Shown piece by piece: positions 19,362 to 30,795 of a DNA stretch of 64,000 bases (position 1 is its first letter; every line of letters begins with the position of its first letter). A program made the translations under genes and the position numbers. Source of the stretch: Nitrospirota bacterium. GTDB lineage: Bacteria; Nitrospirota; Nitrospiria; Nitrospirales; NS-4. The notes beneath the pieces were generated by a model, which was not told where the DNA came from, made no database searches, and saw nothing but the letters and a program-made list of their open reading frames with translations. The DNA lies in assembly GCA_963788195.1 (NCBI GenBank), contig CAWBGA010000013.1:32001-96000 (forward strand), in the 5' to 3' direction.

Positions 19362-20641
19362 CGGGCCGGCGTGCGGGCAGCAGGGTTGAAGCCGAAATTA
19401 TTGCAATCGGCTCCGAACTCTTGCTGGGAGGATCGGCCGATACGAACTCGCTCTTTCTGGCAGACGAGCTGCTCAAGCTCGGAATCGAAGTCCGGTACAA
19501 GACGGTCGTCGGGGACACTGCGCAGGACATCGAGGAGGCTTTGCTCCATGCGTTGACACGGGCCCGTCTCGTGATCGTCACGGGGGGCCTAGGCCCAACA
19601 CAGGACGATATGACCCGCAAAGCCGTCGCGCGGGTGACCGGGCGGCAATTGGTTCTACATGAAGATGCGCTCGCGGCAATTAGCGAGCGACTTGCTGTAC
19701 GTGGCCGTCTTTTAACCCCGGAGCAGACCACCCAGGCCCTGATCCCCCGTCGCGCAACCATTATTCACAATCCGGTCGGCATTGCGCCCGGGTTTTTTCT
19801 CATCAAAGATGATCGCGGGCTCATGTGCCTTCCGGGAGTTCCATCCGAAATGAAGCTCATGTTCCTGGAAGGAGCCAGAGGATGCCTGGAGTCCTTGGCC
19901 GGGAAGGAGATTCATGGCAGTTTACTTCGGCGCCGGCTACGAACGTGTGGACTGACAGAGTCAGAAGTCGACAGGCGCCTCAGGGACCTCTACGACTCAG
20001 AGCCTACAGCTGTTCTCGGACTGCAGGCCAGCGAATCAGGCGTGGATGTCTCAATCACGGTCAATGCCCGCCACGCGGACTCGGCCCAGTCGACGATAAA
20101 GAGAATTGAGCGCGGCGTCCGTGAGCGACTGGCGCATTCTCTCTATGCCGCCGGGAGCCAGACGATGGAAGGCATCCTGGCGATGCAGCTCAAGGCCCGG
20201 CGGCTGACAGTGTCGGTTGCCGAGTCCTGCACAGGCGGATTGGTCGCCCAACGCCTTACTTCAATTCCCGGCAGCTCGAATTATTTCAACTGCGGCTATG
20301 TCGTCTATAGCAACAGGGCAAAGGTTGAAATGCTGAAAATTCCAAGAGCGCTTCTGAAAGAGAAGGGAGCTGTCAGTCGCGAGGTCGCAGCGGCAATGGC
20401 GGAAGCCGCGAGGGCCGGAGGCGCCACGGATCTGGGTTTAGCCGTCACGGGCATCGCGGGTCCCAGCGGGGGAACAAAGGACAAACCCGTCGGGCTGGTA
20501 TTCTGGGCCCTTGCCGATAAAAAACAGATCCTTTGTCGCTCCGCTATCTTTGGCGGTGACCGCGAGGCAATCCGGTATCGAGCCTCGCAAGCAGTGCTCG
20601 ATATGCTTCGGCGGTACATTTCCGGGAAGGCCATCGAGTAG
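19358..20641 (+). CDS. cinA: Competence/damage-inducible protein CinA (molybdopterin-binding domain plus NMN deamidase)
   Basis: IAIGSELLLG, GGLGPTQDD, VAESCTGG, VTGIAGP. Confidence 0.95.
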   Translation: MTGRRAGSRVEAEIIAIGSELLLGGSADTNSLFLADELLKLGIEVRYKTVVGDTAQDIEEALLHALTRARLVIVTGGLGPTQDDMTRKAVARVTGRQLVLHEDALAAISERLAVRGRLLTPEQTTQALIPRRATIIHNPVGIAPGFFLIKDDRGLMCLPGVPSEMKLMFLEGARGCLESLAGKEIHGSLLRRRLRTCGLTESEVDRRLRDLYDSEPTAVLGLQASESGVDVSITVNARHADSAQSTIKRIERGVRERLAHSLYAAGSQTMEGILAMQLKARRLTVSVAESCTGGLVAQRLTSIPGSSNYFNCGYVVYSNRAKVEMLKIPRALLKEKGAVSREVAAAMAEAARAGGATDLGLAVTGIAGPSGGTKDKPVGLVFWALADKKQILCRSAIFGGDREAIRYRASQAVLDMLRRYISGKAIE

Positions 20642-20689
20642 ACCTCCTCGTCCACGAGCACGTAGATGATACTGAGCGGCGGATGAAGA

Positions 20690-20729
20690 CCCCCCTCACC
20701 CTAACGCTCTTCCTCCAGGGGCGAGGGGA
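20690..20729. repeat. REP-like palindrome
   Basis: CCCCTCACCCTAACGCTCTTCCTCCAGGGGCGAGGGGA, resembling the CCCTCACCCTAACCCTCTCCC...GGGAGAGGG class. Confidence 0.6.
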
Positions 20730-20735
20730 AGAATA

Positions 20736-21341
20736 ATGTTCCGGGCGTTTATTGCCATTGAACTTTCTGCCGAGTTGAAGCGTCTCATAAGCGAGCTTCA
20801 GGCTGAGCTCAAACGCGGAATCCCTGAAATGGTGACCGTCAGCTGGATCCGTCCTGAAGCCATGCATCTCACCCTGCGATTTCTTGGTGATATCGAGGAA
20901 TCGCAGGTCGAGGCAATCACCGATGTCCTCCAGATGGGAGCTGCGCCACTCCGGCCCTTCACCCTGGAAGCACGGGGCGTGGGGGGATTTCCAACGCCCG
21001 CGCGCGCTCGAGTGCTGTGGGTGGGATTGTTGGGTGATGAAGAGGGGATGGGTGCGCTGCGCAATCTTCAGACGACCATTGAGGAAGGAGTTGTCACAAT
21101 GGGGTGTATGAGAGAGGACAGGCCCTTCACCCCGCATTTAACGTTGGCGCGTATCAAAGACGGGCGGGCGAGCGGTCCTGTACGGAGACTGCTGATGAAT
21201 GAGTCCGATCGGAGGGTCGGTGAGTTTCACGCCGGTGTCGGTGTCGCTGATCAAGAGCGAACCACGCCCGACGGGGTCGGTCTACACCTCTTTGGTGGAA
21301 GTGCCGTTCGGCGTTCAGGTATAATCATCAACCAACTTTAG
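20736..21341 (+). CDS. thpR: RNA 2',3'-cyclic phosphodiesterase (2H family), frameshift near the C-terminus
   Basis: [23 protein letters not shown]. Confidence 0.9.
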   Translation: MFRAFIAIELSAELKRLISELQAELKRGIPEMVTVSWIRPEAMHLTLRFLGDIEESQVEAITDVLQMGAAPLRPFTLEARGVGGFPTPARARVLWVGLLGDEEGMGALRNLQTTIEEGVVTMGCMREDRPFTPHLTLARIKDGRASGPVRRLLMNESDRRVGEFHAGVGVADQERTTPDGVGLHLFGGSAVRRSGIIINQL

Positions 21342-21429
21342 ACCGCGCTCAGGAAACCCGTGGCGCTGTCTAACAAAGCGCCGCAGCGGACTCGGTGAAC
21401 CAATGCCTTACCCGGAAAAGGAGACACTA

Positions 21430-22545
21430 ATGGGCGACCGAGACGAAAAAAGACGTGCGATGGAACTTGCGATCACGCAGATCGAGAAGCAATTCGGCAA
21501 GGGATCGATCATGAAACTCGGCACCGCGGACATCCCGGCTGATGTGCCTGTGATACCCACGGGATCCCTCGGCCTTGATCTGGCGCTTGGCATCGGCGGC
21601 ATACCGCGCGGCCGGGTCATCGAAATCTACGGGCCGGAATCCTCGGGCAAAACAACGTTGACGCTGCATATCATCGCCGAAGCGCAAAAGGCCGGCGGGA
21701 CCGCGGCCTTCATTGATGCCGAGCATGCGCTTGATCTTTCGTATGCCGAAAGGTTGGGGGTCAACAGCAGCGAACTGTTGGTTTCCCAGCCGGATACCGG
21801 AGAGCAGGCGCTGGAGATCACAGAGACACTTGTCCGCAGCGGCGCCATGGACGTCATTGTGATCGATTCCGTGGCTGCCCTCGTACCCCGCGCTGAGCTG
21901 GAAGGGGACATGGGGGACGCGCACATGGGCTTGCAGGCGCGTCTGATGTCCCAGGCGCTGCGCAAGCTGACGGCCTCCATTTCACGCTCGCACACCTCTG
22001 TGATTTTCATCAATCAGATCCGGATGAAAATCGGCGTGATGTTCGGGAACCCGGAGACCACCACGGGTGGGAACGCGTTAAAGTTTTACGCTTCCGTGCG
22101 TCTCGACATTCGCCGGATCGAATCCATCAAAGAGGGACAGGACGTACACGGCAGCCGTGTCCGGGTCAAGGTCGTCAAGAACAAGATGGCGCCTCCCTTT
22201 AAGCAGGCTGAGTTTGACGTCATGTTCGCGGAGGGGATTTCCAAGACGGGAGAACTCATCGACATCGGAGTGGAACGCAAGGTGGTCGACAAAAGCGGCG
22301 CGTGGTTCAGCTACGGGAGCGAGCGGATCGGGCAGGGACGCGACGCGGCCAAAGAATTTTTAAAGATGCATCCCGCGGTCGCTCTGGAAATTGAGGCCAA
22401 AATTCACGAGGCCGTGGGGTTGCGGGCGAAGCCGGCCGCTGCCCGATCACAGGCGAGATTGAATGCATCCAGCAAACCTGCTGCTGAAAAGCGTGTAGAA
22501 GAGAAGCGTGCAGAAGAAAAGCGCGCTCCCGCCGGCAGGGTCTAG
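21430..22545 (+). CDS. recA: Recombinase A
   Basis: [26 protein letters not shown]. Confidence 0.99.
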   Translation: MGDRDEKRRAMELAITQIEKQFGKGSIMKLGTADIPADVPVIPTGSLGLDLALGIGGIPRGRVIEIYGPESSGKTTLTLHIIAEAQKAGGTAAFIDAEHALDLSYAERLGVNSSELLVSQPDTGEQALEITETLVRSGAMDVIVIDSVAALVPRAELEGDMGDAHMGLQARLMSQALRKLTASISRSHTSVIFINQIRMKIGVMFGNPETTTGGNALKFYASVRLDIRRIESIKEGQDVHGSRVRVKVVKNKMAPPFKQAEFDVMFAEGISKTGELIDIGVERKVVDKSGAWFSYGSERIGQGRDAAKEFLKMHPAVALEIEAKIHEAVGLRAKPAAARSQARLNASSKPAAEKRVEEKRAEEKRAPAGRV

Positions 22546-22564
22546 CGGAGAGCGAGGAATAGCG

Positions 22565-23083
22565 GTGAAGACGGGAAAAGCGGCCGCCCTTGACCCACTT
22601 ACGACGGCGGTCCGCTTTTTAACCTATGGCGACCGAAGCACCAAAGAGGTGATCGACTTTCTGCGCGGTCGCGGATACTCCACTTCGGTCATTCGAGTCA
22701 CGCGACGAACGCTTGAACGCCTTGGCTATCTTAATGATGAGCAGGCCGCGCGCCATCTGGCTCAATCTCAAATGCAACGTCGACCGATGGGTCGGAGCGC
22801 CCTCCAGGCCATCTTGAGCAGTCGAGGGTTTGATGAAAGACTTGTCGATCTGGCTGTCAGCGAGGCCTATGAAGGCAAGACAGAAGAGGAAGTGGCGGCT
22901 CGCTTCCTTCGTTCATTGCCCGTCAGATTTCCCGATGCAATGCGAGAAACCAGACGCAGAGCGACCGCACTTGCGACTCGTGGATTCCCTCAGGAATTGA
23001 TCGAGCCGTTGTGGTATCAGAACTCTCCGATCAGGGTACATCCTGATGCCTACCGGCCACGAACTCCGCCAAGGCTTCCTTGA
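22565..23083 (+). CDS. recX: Regulatory protein RecX
   Basis: DRSTKEV, LERLGYLND, LATRGF; directly downstream of recA. Confidence 0.85.
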   Translation: MKTGKAAALDPLTTAVRFLTYGDRSTKEVIDFLRGRGYSTSVIRVTRRTLERLGYLNDEQAARHLAQSQMQRRPMGRSALQAILSSRGFDERLVDLAVSEAYEGKTEEEVAARFLRSLPVRFPDAMRETRRRATALATRGFPQELIEPLWYQNSPIRVHPDAYRPRTPPRLP

Positions 23084-25685
23084 TTACTTCCATCGACATG
23101 GCCACACCGTCGTTTCGAGCGCTTCCTTGATACCCCAGGCGGACCGTTCGCTGCTGTTCACGAACGCCGGCATGGTTCCATTTAAAGGGGTATTTTTGGG
23201 TGAAGACCAGCGGGGATACGTGCGTGCCGCGTCGTCCCAGAAGTGTCTTCGAGCCGGAGGCAAGCACAACGATCTCGAGAATGTCGGCCATACGGGCCGG
23301 CATCATACCTTCTTTGAGATGCTCGGCAACTTTTCCTTCGGCGATTATTTCAAAGCGGACGCGATCCGGTTCGGCTGGGAGTATCTCACCGCCGTCCTTC
23401 AACTTCCCAAAGACCGTTTGTGGGCCACGGTCTACCAGGATGATGATGAGGCGTTTGACCTATGGGTGAAGACAGGTGTGCCCTCTTCTCGCATCATGCG
23501 CTGCGGCGACAAGGACAATTTTTGGCAGATGGCGGAGACCGGCCCCTGCGGGCCATGCTCTGAAATCCATTACGATCACGGCCCATCTGTACCCGGCGAT
23601 GCCGTTCCCAATGGCGAGGGGGACCGGGTCTTGGAGATCTGGAATCTGGTCTTCATGCAGTATCATCGCGATGAGTCGGGCAAACTGCACCCGCTGCCGA
23701 AACCCAGCATCGATACCGGCATGGGTTTAGAGCGGCTTGCGGCGGTCGTGCAGGGAAAGACGACGAACTATGATTCGGATCTCTTCCGGCCGATCATCCG
23801 GGCCATCGAAGACGCCGCTGGCCGAGCCTATGGTGCCTCTTCACAAGACGACCGAGCCATGCGTGTCATTGCCGATCACCTGCGTGCCATCACGTTCCTG
23901 ATCGCGGACGGGATCTTGCCGTCGAATGAAGGCCGCGGTTACGTCTTGCGGCGCATCCTTCGCCGCGCCGGGCGCTACGGGCGGGTGCTGGGTCTCGGCT
24001 TCGAAGGCCCGTTCCTGGACACGCTCACGGACACAGTCATCGAGCACATGAAAACCGCCTACCCCGAACTCGTGCGGATGAAAAGCACCATTCATCACGT
24101 CACCAATGCGGAGGAGGGCCGGTTTCTGGAGACGCTGGACAAGGGGCTCCGACTGCTTGATGAGATCGTCGAAGAGGCGAAGCGCTCAGGGCAGACCGTC
24201 ATCTCCGGTGAGGCGCTGTTTAAATTGTACGACACGTATGGATTCCCACTGGATCTCGCCGCGGATTCCGCCAGAGACCAGGGGATGAGCCTGGATGAAG
24301 CCGGATTCCAAGTGGCTCTGCAACAGCAACGGGAACGCGCGCGGAAGAGCACGGGGTTCGAAGCCATCAAGGCCAAGGCAATCTATGCCGAAGCCAGTCG
24401 CGTCGCGACGCCTACGGTGTTCGTCGGCTATGAGCAGTTCGACACGCAGTCGACCGTGCTGGCCATGATCAAGCACGAAGGGCTTGCGAAGGAGGTCGCG
24501 GAAGGCGACGACGTGGAGGTGGTGCTCGATCGGACGCCGTTTTACGCCGAAGGCGGCGGCCAGGTCGGCGATCAAGGCGTCTTGACAGGGCCGGAGGGCA
24601 CGGTCGAGATCAAACAGACGATCAAGCCGACTCCGGAGCTATTTGTCCATCAGGGCGTCGTCACGCGTGGGCGAATCCGACAGGGAGACGTGGTGCACGC
24701 CAGCCTCGATCTGTCTCTCCGATCGGCGGCGGCGCGCAACCACACCGGCACTCATCTGCTGCATGCGGCGCTGCGCGAGGTTCTGGGGCCTCATGTCAAG
24801 CAGTACGGCTCCCTGGTGGCGCCGAACCGCCTGAGATTCGACTTCGCGCATTTTTCCCCGCTGCGGCCCACACAGCTCGAAGAGGTGGAGGCACTGGTGA
24901 ATGAGCGGATTCGCGTGAATGATCAAGTTGAGACGAAGATCATGGGGATCACCGATGCGGTTGACCAGGGCGCGCTCGCCTTTTTCGGCGACAAGTACGG
25001 CGACACTGTGCGGGTGGTCGAGATCGACGGATTCAGCAAAGAGCTCTGCGGCGGCACGCACTGTCGCCATACCGGTGAGATCGGACTTTTTCAGCTGGTC
25101 TCCGAAACGGGCGTGGCCGCCGGCGTTCGCCGGGTGGAGGCTCAGGCCGGCGAGGGCGCCTACGAACTGCTCAAGCAGCGCGAAGCGCAGTTCCGGGAGT
25201 TGGCGGATCTTTTCAAGACCAATCCACCCGATGTCCTCCCGAAGGCTCGTAAGCTGATGGCCTCTCTCAAGGAGAAAGATCAGGAACTGGAAAAGCTCAA
25301 AGCCCGTCTGGCATCCGGTGGGGCGGGCGGCGCCACTGGCGAGACGCGCAGCGTCACGGGGGTCACGGTGTATGTGCAAAGGGTGGACGGATTGGAGATG
25401 AACGACCTGCGCGGCCTGGCCGATACCCTTCGCGACAAAATGAAGTCGGCCGTTATCGCACTCGGTTCCGTCAAGGACGGAAAGGCCGCCTTGTTGCTGG
25501 CTGTTACAAAGGATCTCTGCGGACGGTTCCCGGCGGGCGAGCTCATAAAACCTCTGGCGGCCGCTATCGGAGGGACTGGTGGAGGACGTCCGGAGATGGC
25601 GCAGGCCGGCGGCAAACAAACCGATCAGCTTGACATGGCGCTGGCTCAAATCTTTTCGGAGGTCGAGCGGAAGGCGAGCGCTTGA
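23046..25685 (+). CDS. alaS: Alanine-tRNA ligase
   Basis: LLFTNAGM, HHTFFEMLGNFSFGDYFK, ELCGGTH, GGGRPEMAQAGG. Confidence 0.99.
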   Translation: MPTGHELRQGFLDYFHRHGHTVVSSASLIPQADRSLLFTNAGMVPFKGVFLGEDQRGYVRAASSQKCLRAGGKHNDLENVGHTGRHHTFFEMLGNFSFGDYFKADAIRFGWEYLTAVLQLPKDRLWATVYQDDDEAFDLWVKTGVPSSRIMRCGDKDNFWQMAETGPCGPCSEIHYDHGPSVPGDAVPNGEGDRVLEIWNLVFMQYHRDESGKLHPLPKPSIDTGMGLERLAAVVQGKTTNYDSDLFRPIIRAIEDAAGRAYGASSQDDRAMRVIADHLRAITFLIADGILPSNEGRGYVLRRILRRAGRYGRVLGLGFEGPFLDTLTDTVIEHMKTAYPELVRMKSTIHHVTNAEEGRFLETLDKGLRLLDEIVEEAKRSGQTVISGEALFKLYDTYGFPLDLAADSARDQGMSLDEAGFQVALQQQRERARKSTGFEAIKAKAIYAEASRVATPTVFVGYEQFDTQSTVLAMIKHEGLAKEVAEGDDVEVVLDRTPFYAEGGGQVGDQGVLTGPEGTVEIKQTIKPTPELFVHQGVVTRGRIRQGDVVHASLDLSLRSAAARNHTGTHLLHAALREVLGPHVKQYGSLVAPNRLRFDFAHFSPLRPTQLEEVEALVNERIRVNDQVETKIMGITDAVDQGALAFFGDKYGDTVRVVEIDGFSKELCGGTHCRHTGEIGLFQLVSETGVAAGVRRVEAQAGEGAYELLKQREAQFRELADLFKTNPPDVLPKARKLMASLKEKDQELEKLKARLASGGAGGATGETRSVTGVTVYVQRVDGLEMNDLRGLADTLRDKMKSAVIALGSVKDGKAALLLAVTKDLCGRFPAGELIKPLAAAIGGTGGGRPEMAQAGGKQTDQLDMALAQIFSEVERKASA

Positions 25686-26705
25686 AAGCTCTGCTCGTGT
25701 TCACGGGCGCACTGGTGCTGATCCTCGCAGTCGCGTGGTACGCGCACCGGGCCCTAGATCTTCCGCCCGATAATATAGAGACGCACCGCGTCGTGGTGAT
25801 TCCCCCCGACGCCTCATTCACAACTGTTGCCGGGCTGTTGGCTCAGAAGGGTCTCCTCGTCAGTCCTTTCTGGTTCCGGGTTCTCGGCAAGGTTCAGGGC
25901 GTCGAGCGAAAGATCCAGCCAGGGGAATATGACCTCCATACCAGGATGCGGCCGCCGGAGATCCTCGATGCTCTCATCAAGGGCAAGGTCGTTCAGTACA
26001 GTGTCCTGATTCCGGAAGGATTCACGGCGGCTCAGGTCGCCACGTTATTGAAGGATGCGGGTCTTGCGGACGAGGCGGCTATCATGAGGCTTATGCGGAA
26101 CCCCAGCTTCGTGAAGTCTTTGGGCGTCAACGCTGCGACCTTGGAGGGGTACCTCTACCCCGATACCTACCACTTTCCCCGCCACACGCCACCGGAGGAG
26201 ATTTTGAAAACCATGGTAGGAAAATTTCACCAGGTCTTTACGCCTGAAGTGAAGGCGCGGGCGGTCGGCGCTCAACATGACCGAGCACGAGGTGGTGACG
26301 CTCGCGTCCATCATCGAGAAGGAAACGGGGCAGGAGGACGAACGGCCTCTGATCGCCGCGGTGTTTCAGAACCGTCTCAGAAAGAAGTACCCGCTGCAAA
26401 GCGATCCGACGGTGATCTATGATATTCCCAACTTCGACGGAAACCTCACCCGCGCGCAATTGACCACGTCCACGCCGTACAATACATACATGCATGCCGG
26501 GTTGCCTCCCGGGCCGATCGCAAACCCCGGGATCAAGTCCATCCTGGCAGCGCTGCATCCGGCGCCCGTAAGCTATTTGTATTTTGTCTCGAAGAACGAC
26601 GGCAGCCATCAGTTCTCCTCGACCCTCGAGGAGCACAATCAGGCGGTCCACCATTATCAAAAGAAAAGGATTCGACCGAGCGCGGAGCGACAGAAGCATC
26701 AATGA
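25682..26705 (+). CDS. mltG: Endolytic transglycosylase MltG (frameshift near 26265)
   Basis: EGYLYPDTY; LASIIEKET; LQSDPT; GLPPGPIANPG. Confidence 0.92.
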
Positions 26706-27287
26706 GACCGCTGGTTGTCCTGATCATGCTTCTATGTGGTTCTATCGCGTCGGCCGGCGCGGACATCTGGGCGTGCAAAAATCCTGATGGCAGCGAGACG
26801 TTTTCCGATGGCAGCACCGGCCCGCAGTGCCGACGACTGCAGAACTTGCCCGAATTAATCCCCGCACCGGTGATGCCTTCTCAGGACAGGCAGCCCGATG
26901 TGGAAAGCCAGGCGTCAGGCAGATCGCAGCCGGTCTCCGCATGCCGGAGGCGGGCGCCAAATCGATCCTCCTGCCGATGATGCGATCTATATCCGGGACG
27001 TCAAGGCGGTGCCAAACTATAACAGCACACTCGGCACCGCCCACTATCAGGCCAACATGCGGCTCATGAACGGCGATCCCGATTGGACCGCCGCCCAGGT
27101 GTGTATCGATGTGCATTTCCGCGACCGCGCCAAGATCTTCATTGATGTGCATCAAAAAGGGTGTCTTGAAGACCTCAAACCACTGGACGATCGCGCGCTC
27201 ACGGTCATCTATAGGGGCACAATTCCTCCGCGGCTCTCACCCATTGAAGCCGAGGCGCACGTGTCCTCGGTCAAATGGGTTAAATAA
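26702..27287 (+). CDS. Secreted DUF4124-like protein (frameshift near 26930)
   Basis: Signal peptide plus IWACKNPDGSETFSD; continues in ORF 26898-27287. Confidence 0.65.
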
Positions 27288-27311
27288 AGATATCGGCAAA
27301 AGGAGAACTCC

Positions 27312-28350
27312 GTGGTACCGACGGTTGAATGGAAAGAGGGCATCGTCCGAATACTGGATCAAAGTCGCCTGCCGGACAAGATCGAGTTCGTGGACTGCCG
27401 GGACTATGAGACGGTCGCCATTGCCATTAAAGAATTGTGGGTGCGTGGCGCGCCTGCGATCGGCATCACCGCGGCCATGGGTGTCGCCCTTGGGGCGCAG
27501 GGTCTCAAGTCGCTCGATTACGAGACATTCCAGAAGGAAGTCCTCGAAATAGCCGACCATCTGGCCAAAACGCGCCCCACGGCCGTGAATCTGTTCTGGG
27601 CCATCTCCCGAATGAAAAGAACGCTCGCGGCTTTGAAAGACGAATCCATTGCCGACATCAAACTCCTGCTGGTCGCTGAGTCGCAAGCCATCCTGAACGA
27701 AGACATCGCCATGAACCGCGAGATCGGACGGCATGGCAATGCAGTGATTGGTCAGGAGCAGACGATTCTGACTCACTGCAATGCCGGCGCGCTGGCGACA
27801 GGCGGCTATGGGACGGCGCTGGGGGTCGTCCGGGCCGCCTGGGATGCCGGAAAGAAGATCCAGGTCCTGGCCGATGAGACGAGGCCGGTGCTTCAAGGCG
27901 CGCGCCTCACGGCCTGGGAGTTGATGCAGGACGGCATTCCGGTCACCGTGATCACTGATAACATGGCGGGGTCACTGATGCAGCGGCGGAAAGGTCGATG
28001 TGTGTGTCGTAGGCGCCGACCGTATCGCGGCCAATGGCGATGTGGCCAATAAGATCGGCACCTATAGCGTCGCCGTCCTCGCGCATGCTCATGGAATCCC
28101 TTTCTATGTGGCCGCGCCCAGCTCCACAATCGACCTCGCGACGGCGACCGGCGATCTCATACCCATTGAGCAACGCGATCCTCGAGAGGTCACTCACGTG
28201 CGCGGGGAAACAGTGATCGCGCCGGATGGAGTGGGGGTCGACAATCCGGCCTTTGACATCACTCCCGCGCGCTTAATTACCGGCATTATTACGGAAAAAG
28301 GCATTTTCGCTCCGTCCGAGCTTGCCGCTCGGATGCGCGACACAGTATAG
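27312..28350 (+). CDS. mtnA: Methylthioribose-1-phosphate isomerase (frameshift near 27990)
   Basis: [43 protein letters not shown]. Confidence 0.95.
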
Positions 28351-28360
28351 TACGCCTGTC

Positions 28361-28783
28361 ATGATTGAACGGACACTTGCCATCATCAAGCCGGACGCCA
28401 CCGGACGGCAGCAGACAGGAGCTATCATCCAACGATACGAGCAGGCCGGATTAATGCTGGTCGCGTTGAAACTCCTGCGGCTGACGAAGGTTCAGGCGGA
28501 AGGCTTTTACTACGTCCATAAGCAGCGCCCTTTCTTTGATAGTTTGTGCAGCTTCATGTCATCCGGGCCGATCGTTGTCTTGGCTCTTGAAGGCGAGGAT
28601 GCCATCAAGCGGCATCGTGATCTCATGGGCGCAACCGATCCGGCGAAAGCCGCGGAAGGAACGCTGCGCAAGGCGTTCGGCACACACATTGAACATAACG
28701 CGGTCCATGGGTCTGATTCCCCTGAAACCGCGCAGTTTGAGCTCGGCTTCTTTTTCAATGCGCTGGAGCTGCCCCCACGCTGA
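28361..28783 (+). CDS. ndk: Nucleoside diphosphate kinase
   Basis: ERTLAIIKPDA; NAVHGSDS. Confidence 0.97.
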   Translation: MIERTLAIIKPDATGRQQTGAIIQRYEQAGLMLVALKLLRLTKVQAEGFYYVHKQRPFFDSLCSFMSSGPIVVLALEGEDAIKRHRDLMGATDPAKAAEGTLRKAFGTHIEHNAVHGSDSPETAQFELGFFFNALELPPR

Positions 28784-28799
28784 AACGGTTCACGGCTTT

Positions 28800-30211
28800 C
28801 GCTCTGACCTGCGCTCCCTTGAAACCCCATCCCGTTCGCTACTCGCACCGATCCTGATCACTGCGCTCGCAGATCTTGCGGCATGCGCATCCCCTCCGGA
28901 CCCTGCTCCTGAAGCGGTGAAGGTCGACCACATGCCCTCGCGGGAGGTTGTCGCCGGGCTCATGGAGTCGGGCCGTCTGGCGATGACTCAGGGCCGATTG
29001 GATCGGGCGATTATCTCTGTATCGCCGTATTGGAGAGACCTATCCCAATGCGGCGGAACGGCCCGAAGCGACCTTACGGCTGGCGCAGGCCTTAGAACTT
29101 CACGGAGACAACGCGCTGGCCCTGATTGAGTATCAGCGGCTCACCGTCGAGTTTCCACAAGCGCCTCAGTCGCTGATGGCCAGGACGAAGGTAGCGCTCC
29201 TTGAACGTCGTGTCGGAGGTATTGCGTCCACCGTGGCTTCCCCCATGGCGGGGCCGGTGGCCGCGTATATTGATGTCTCGCAAATCGAGAGTATTGACGA
29301 GCAAGAGCTGCTTCGATTGCGACGAGCGGATACCGACACGGTCGTTGTGGAAGTCGCCCGTCAGGGTCTGTCACGGTCCGGCGGCCTGCCGCCCGGGGTG
29401 TATTTTAAGACGGACTGGGCGCCTGTTATTCGGGATCGATTGGCCGAGATCGTGGCAAGCGCCCATCGGCACCAGCTGGAGGCATGGGCCGCGCTCTCGA
29501 TTCGTCGTATGGATTGGATCGAAGCGTCCCTTGGCTGGTCGGACCGGCGCTATAATCCTGCCTCCGGGGAGCTGTCTGCCACGGACGGATTGGATTTGTT
29601 CCATCCGGCGGTTTGGGAATACCTTCTCGGGCTCTTGCTCGATCTCGCCGCGACCGGCATCGATGGGATCTTTTTGATGGCGGAGCCGCCGTCGACGGCC
29701 ATTGATGGATTCAGCCCATTCGCGCTCCGTGGCTATCAGCGGGACATGGGACAGGCTCTCGATGTTGCCCGACTTCGCCTCAATTTCAAGCCGGCGATAA
29801 GCTCCTCTCCCGAGTTTTGGCGATGGATCGGCTGGAAGCAACGCGAGCAACGCAAAGATCCTCGATGGTGTCATGCGAAGCCTGCGCAAGACGTATCCCG
29901 CGTTGAAGGTTGCGCTCGAAGTACATTCGGAGGCGATCACAAACCCTCGCGCTGCGCTTGCCTGGTACACGGAGAATTTTCTCGATCTCAGGCATGCTCG
30001 TCTCGATTATATTGCCGTCTCGCTCCCGGCGAGTCAGGCTGGCGCTGTCAAGCCGTTGATAGCGGGCATGAACGGGAAACGCCTCTGGGTTACGCGCGAG
30101 ACCGGGACATGTTTCCAACAGCATCCTCTCTTTTTTCCCAAGCGGTACCGGCTTGATTTACAAGGAGAAAGTCATTGGAGGTGGCTTGACAAAGGAGGGT
30201 CGCTAATCTAG
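28800..30211 (+). CDS. Lipoprotein with TPR-like N-terminus and PgaB/HmsF C-terminal glycoside-hydrolase-like domain (several frameshifts)
   Basis: Lipobox-like LAAC; GVYFKTDWAPVIRD; LDLFHP; FWRWIGWK; LAWYTENF. Confidence 0.6.
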
Positions 30212-30235
30212 CATCGCCGCTCAATAACACCAAGA

Positions 30236-30319
30236 AAAAGGGGGACAGATTTATTCTCTCTCTTGACCCCGGGAGGCGCGAACTCTCGCCAGGAAAACAA
30301 ACAAATCTGTCCCCCTTTT
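30236..30319. repeat. REP doublet (REPIN-like)
   Basis: Perfect 17-bp inverted repeat AAAAGGGGGACAGATTT / AAATCTGTCCCCCTTTT with 50-bp spacer. Confidence 0.8.
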
Positions 30320-30381
30320 GAACACGCCAAGACAGGCTTTATTATGGAAGACGGCGCGCGTTTGGCAATTAAAGGAGCAAG

Positions 30382-30768
30382 ATGATTCCTGAAAATCTGC
30401 GTTACCACAAGGATCATGAATGGGTCCGCTCCGAAGGGGAGAAGGCGGTCATCGGGATCAGTGATCATGCCCAGGAAGCGTTGGGAGACATCGTCTTCTT
30501 TCAGCTTCCGAAGGTCGGCGACACGGTCACAGCAGGGCAGGAAATCGGTGAGGTGGAATCGACCAAGGCGACATCGTCCATTTATACGCCGGTCAGCGGC
30601 ACGGTGTCCAAAGTAAATCAGGCTTTAAACGATCGCCCGGAACTCGCGAACAAGGATGCTTACGGTGAGGGCTGGGTGGCCGTGATCGATCTCGCGCACC
30701 CAGAGGAGGTAGAAGGCCTGATGGACGCGAAAGCTTACGAAGAGTTTCTTAAGTCAGAATCGAAGTAG
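30382..30768 (+). CDS. gcvH: Glycine cleavage H protein
   Basis: YHKDHEW; EVESTKA lipoyl-Lys motif. Confidence 0.96.
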   Translation: MIPENLRYHKDHEWVRSEGEKAVIGISDHAQEALGDIVFFQLPKVGDTVTAGQEIGEVESTKATSSIYTPVSGTVSKVNQALNDRPELANKDAYGEGWVAVIDLAHPEEVEGLMDAKAYEEFLKSESK

Positions 30769-30795
30769 CAGCTCAATCTCAGACTTTCCTGATCC

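Noticed and set aside
30212..30381. Glycine riboswitch before gcvH
   Set aside because: No recognisable aptamer; the structure is explained by a REP-like inverted repeat
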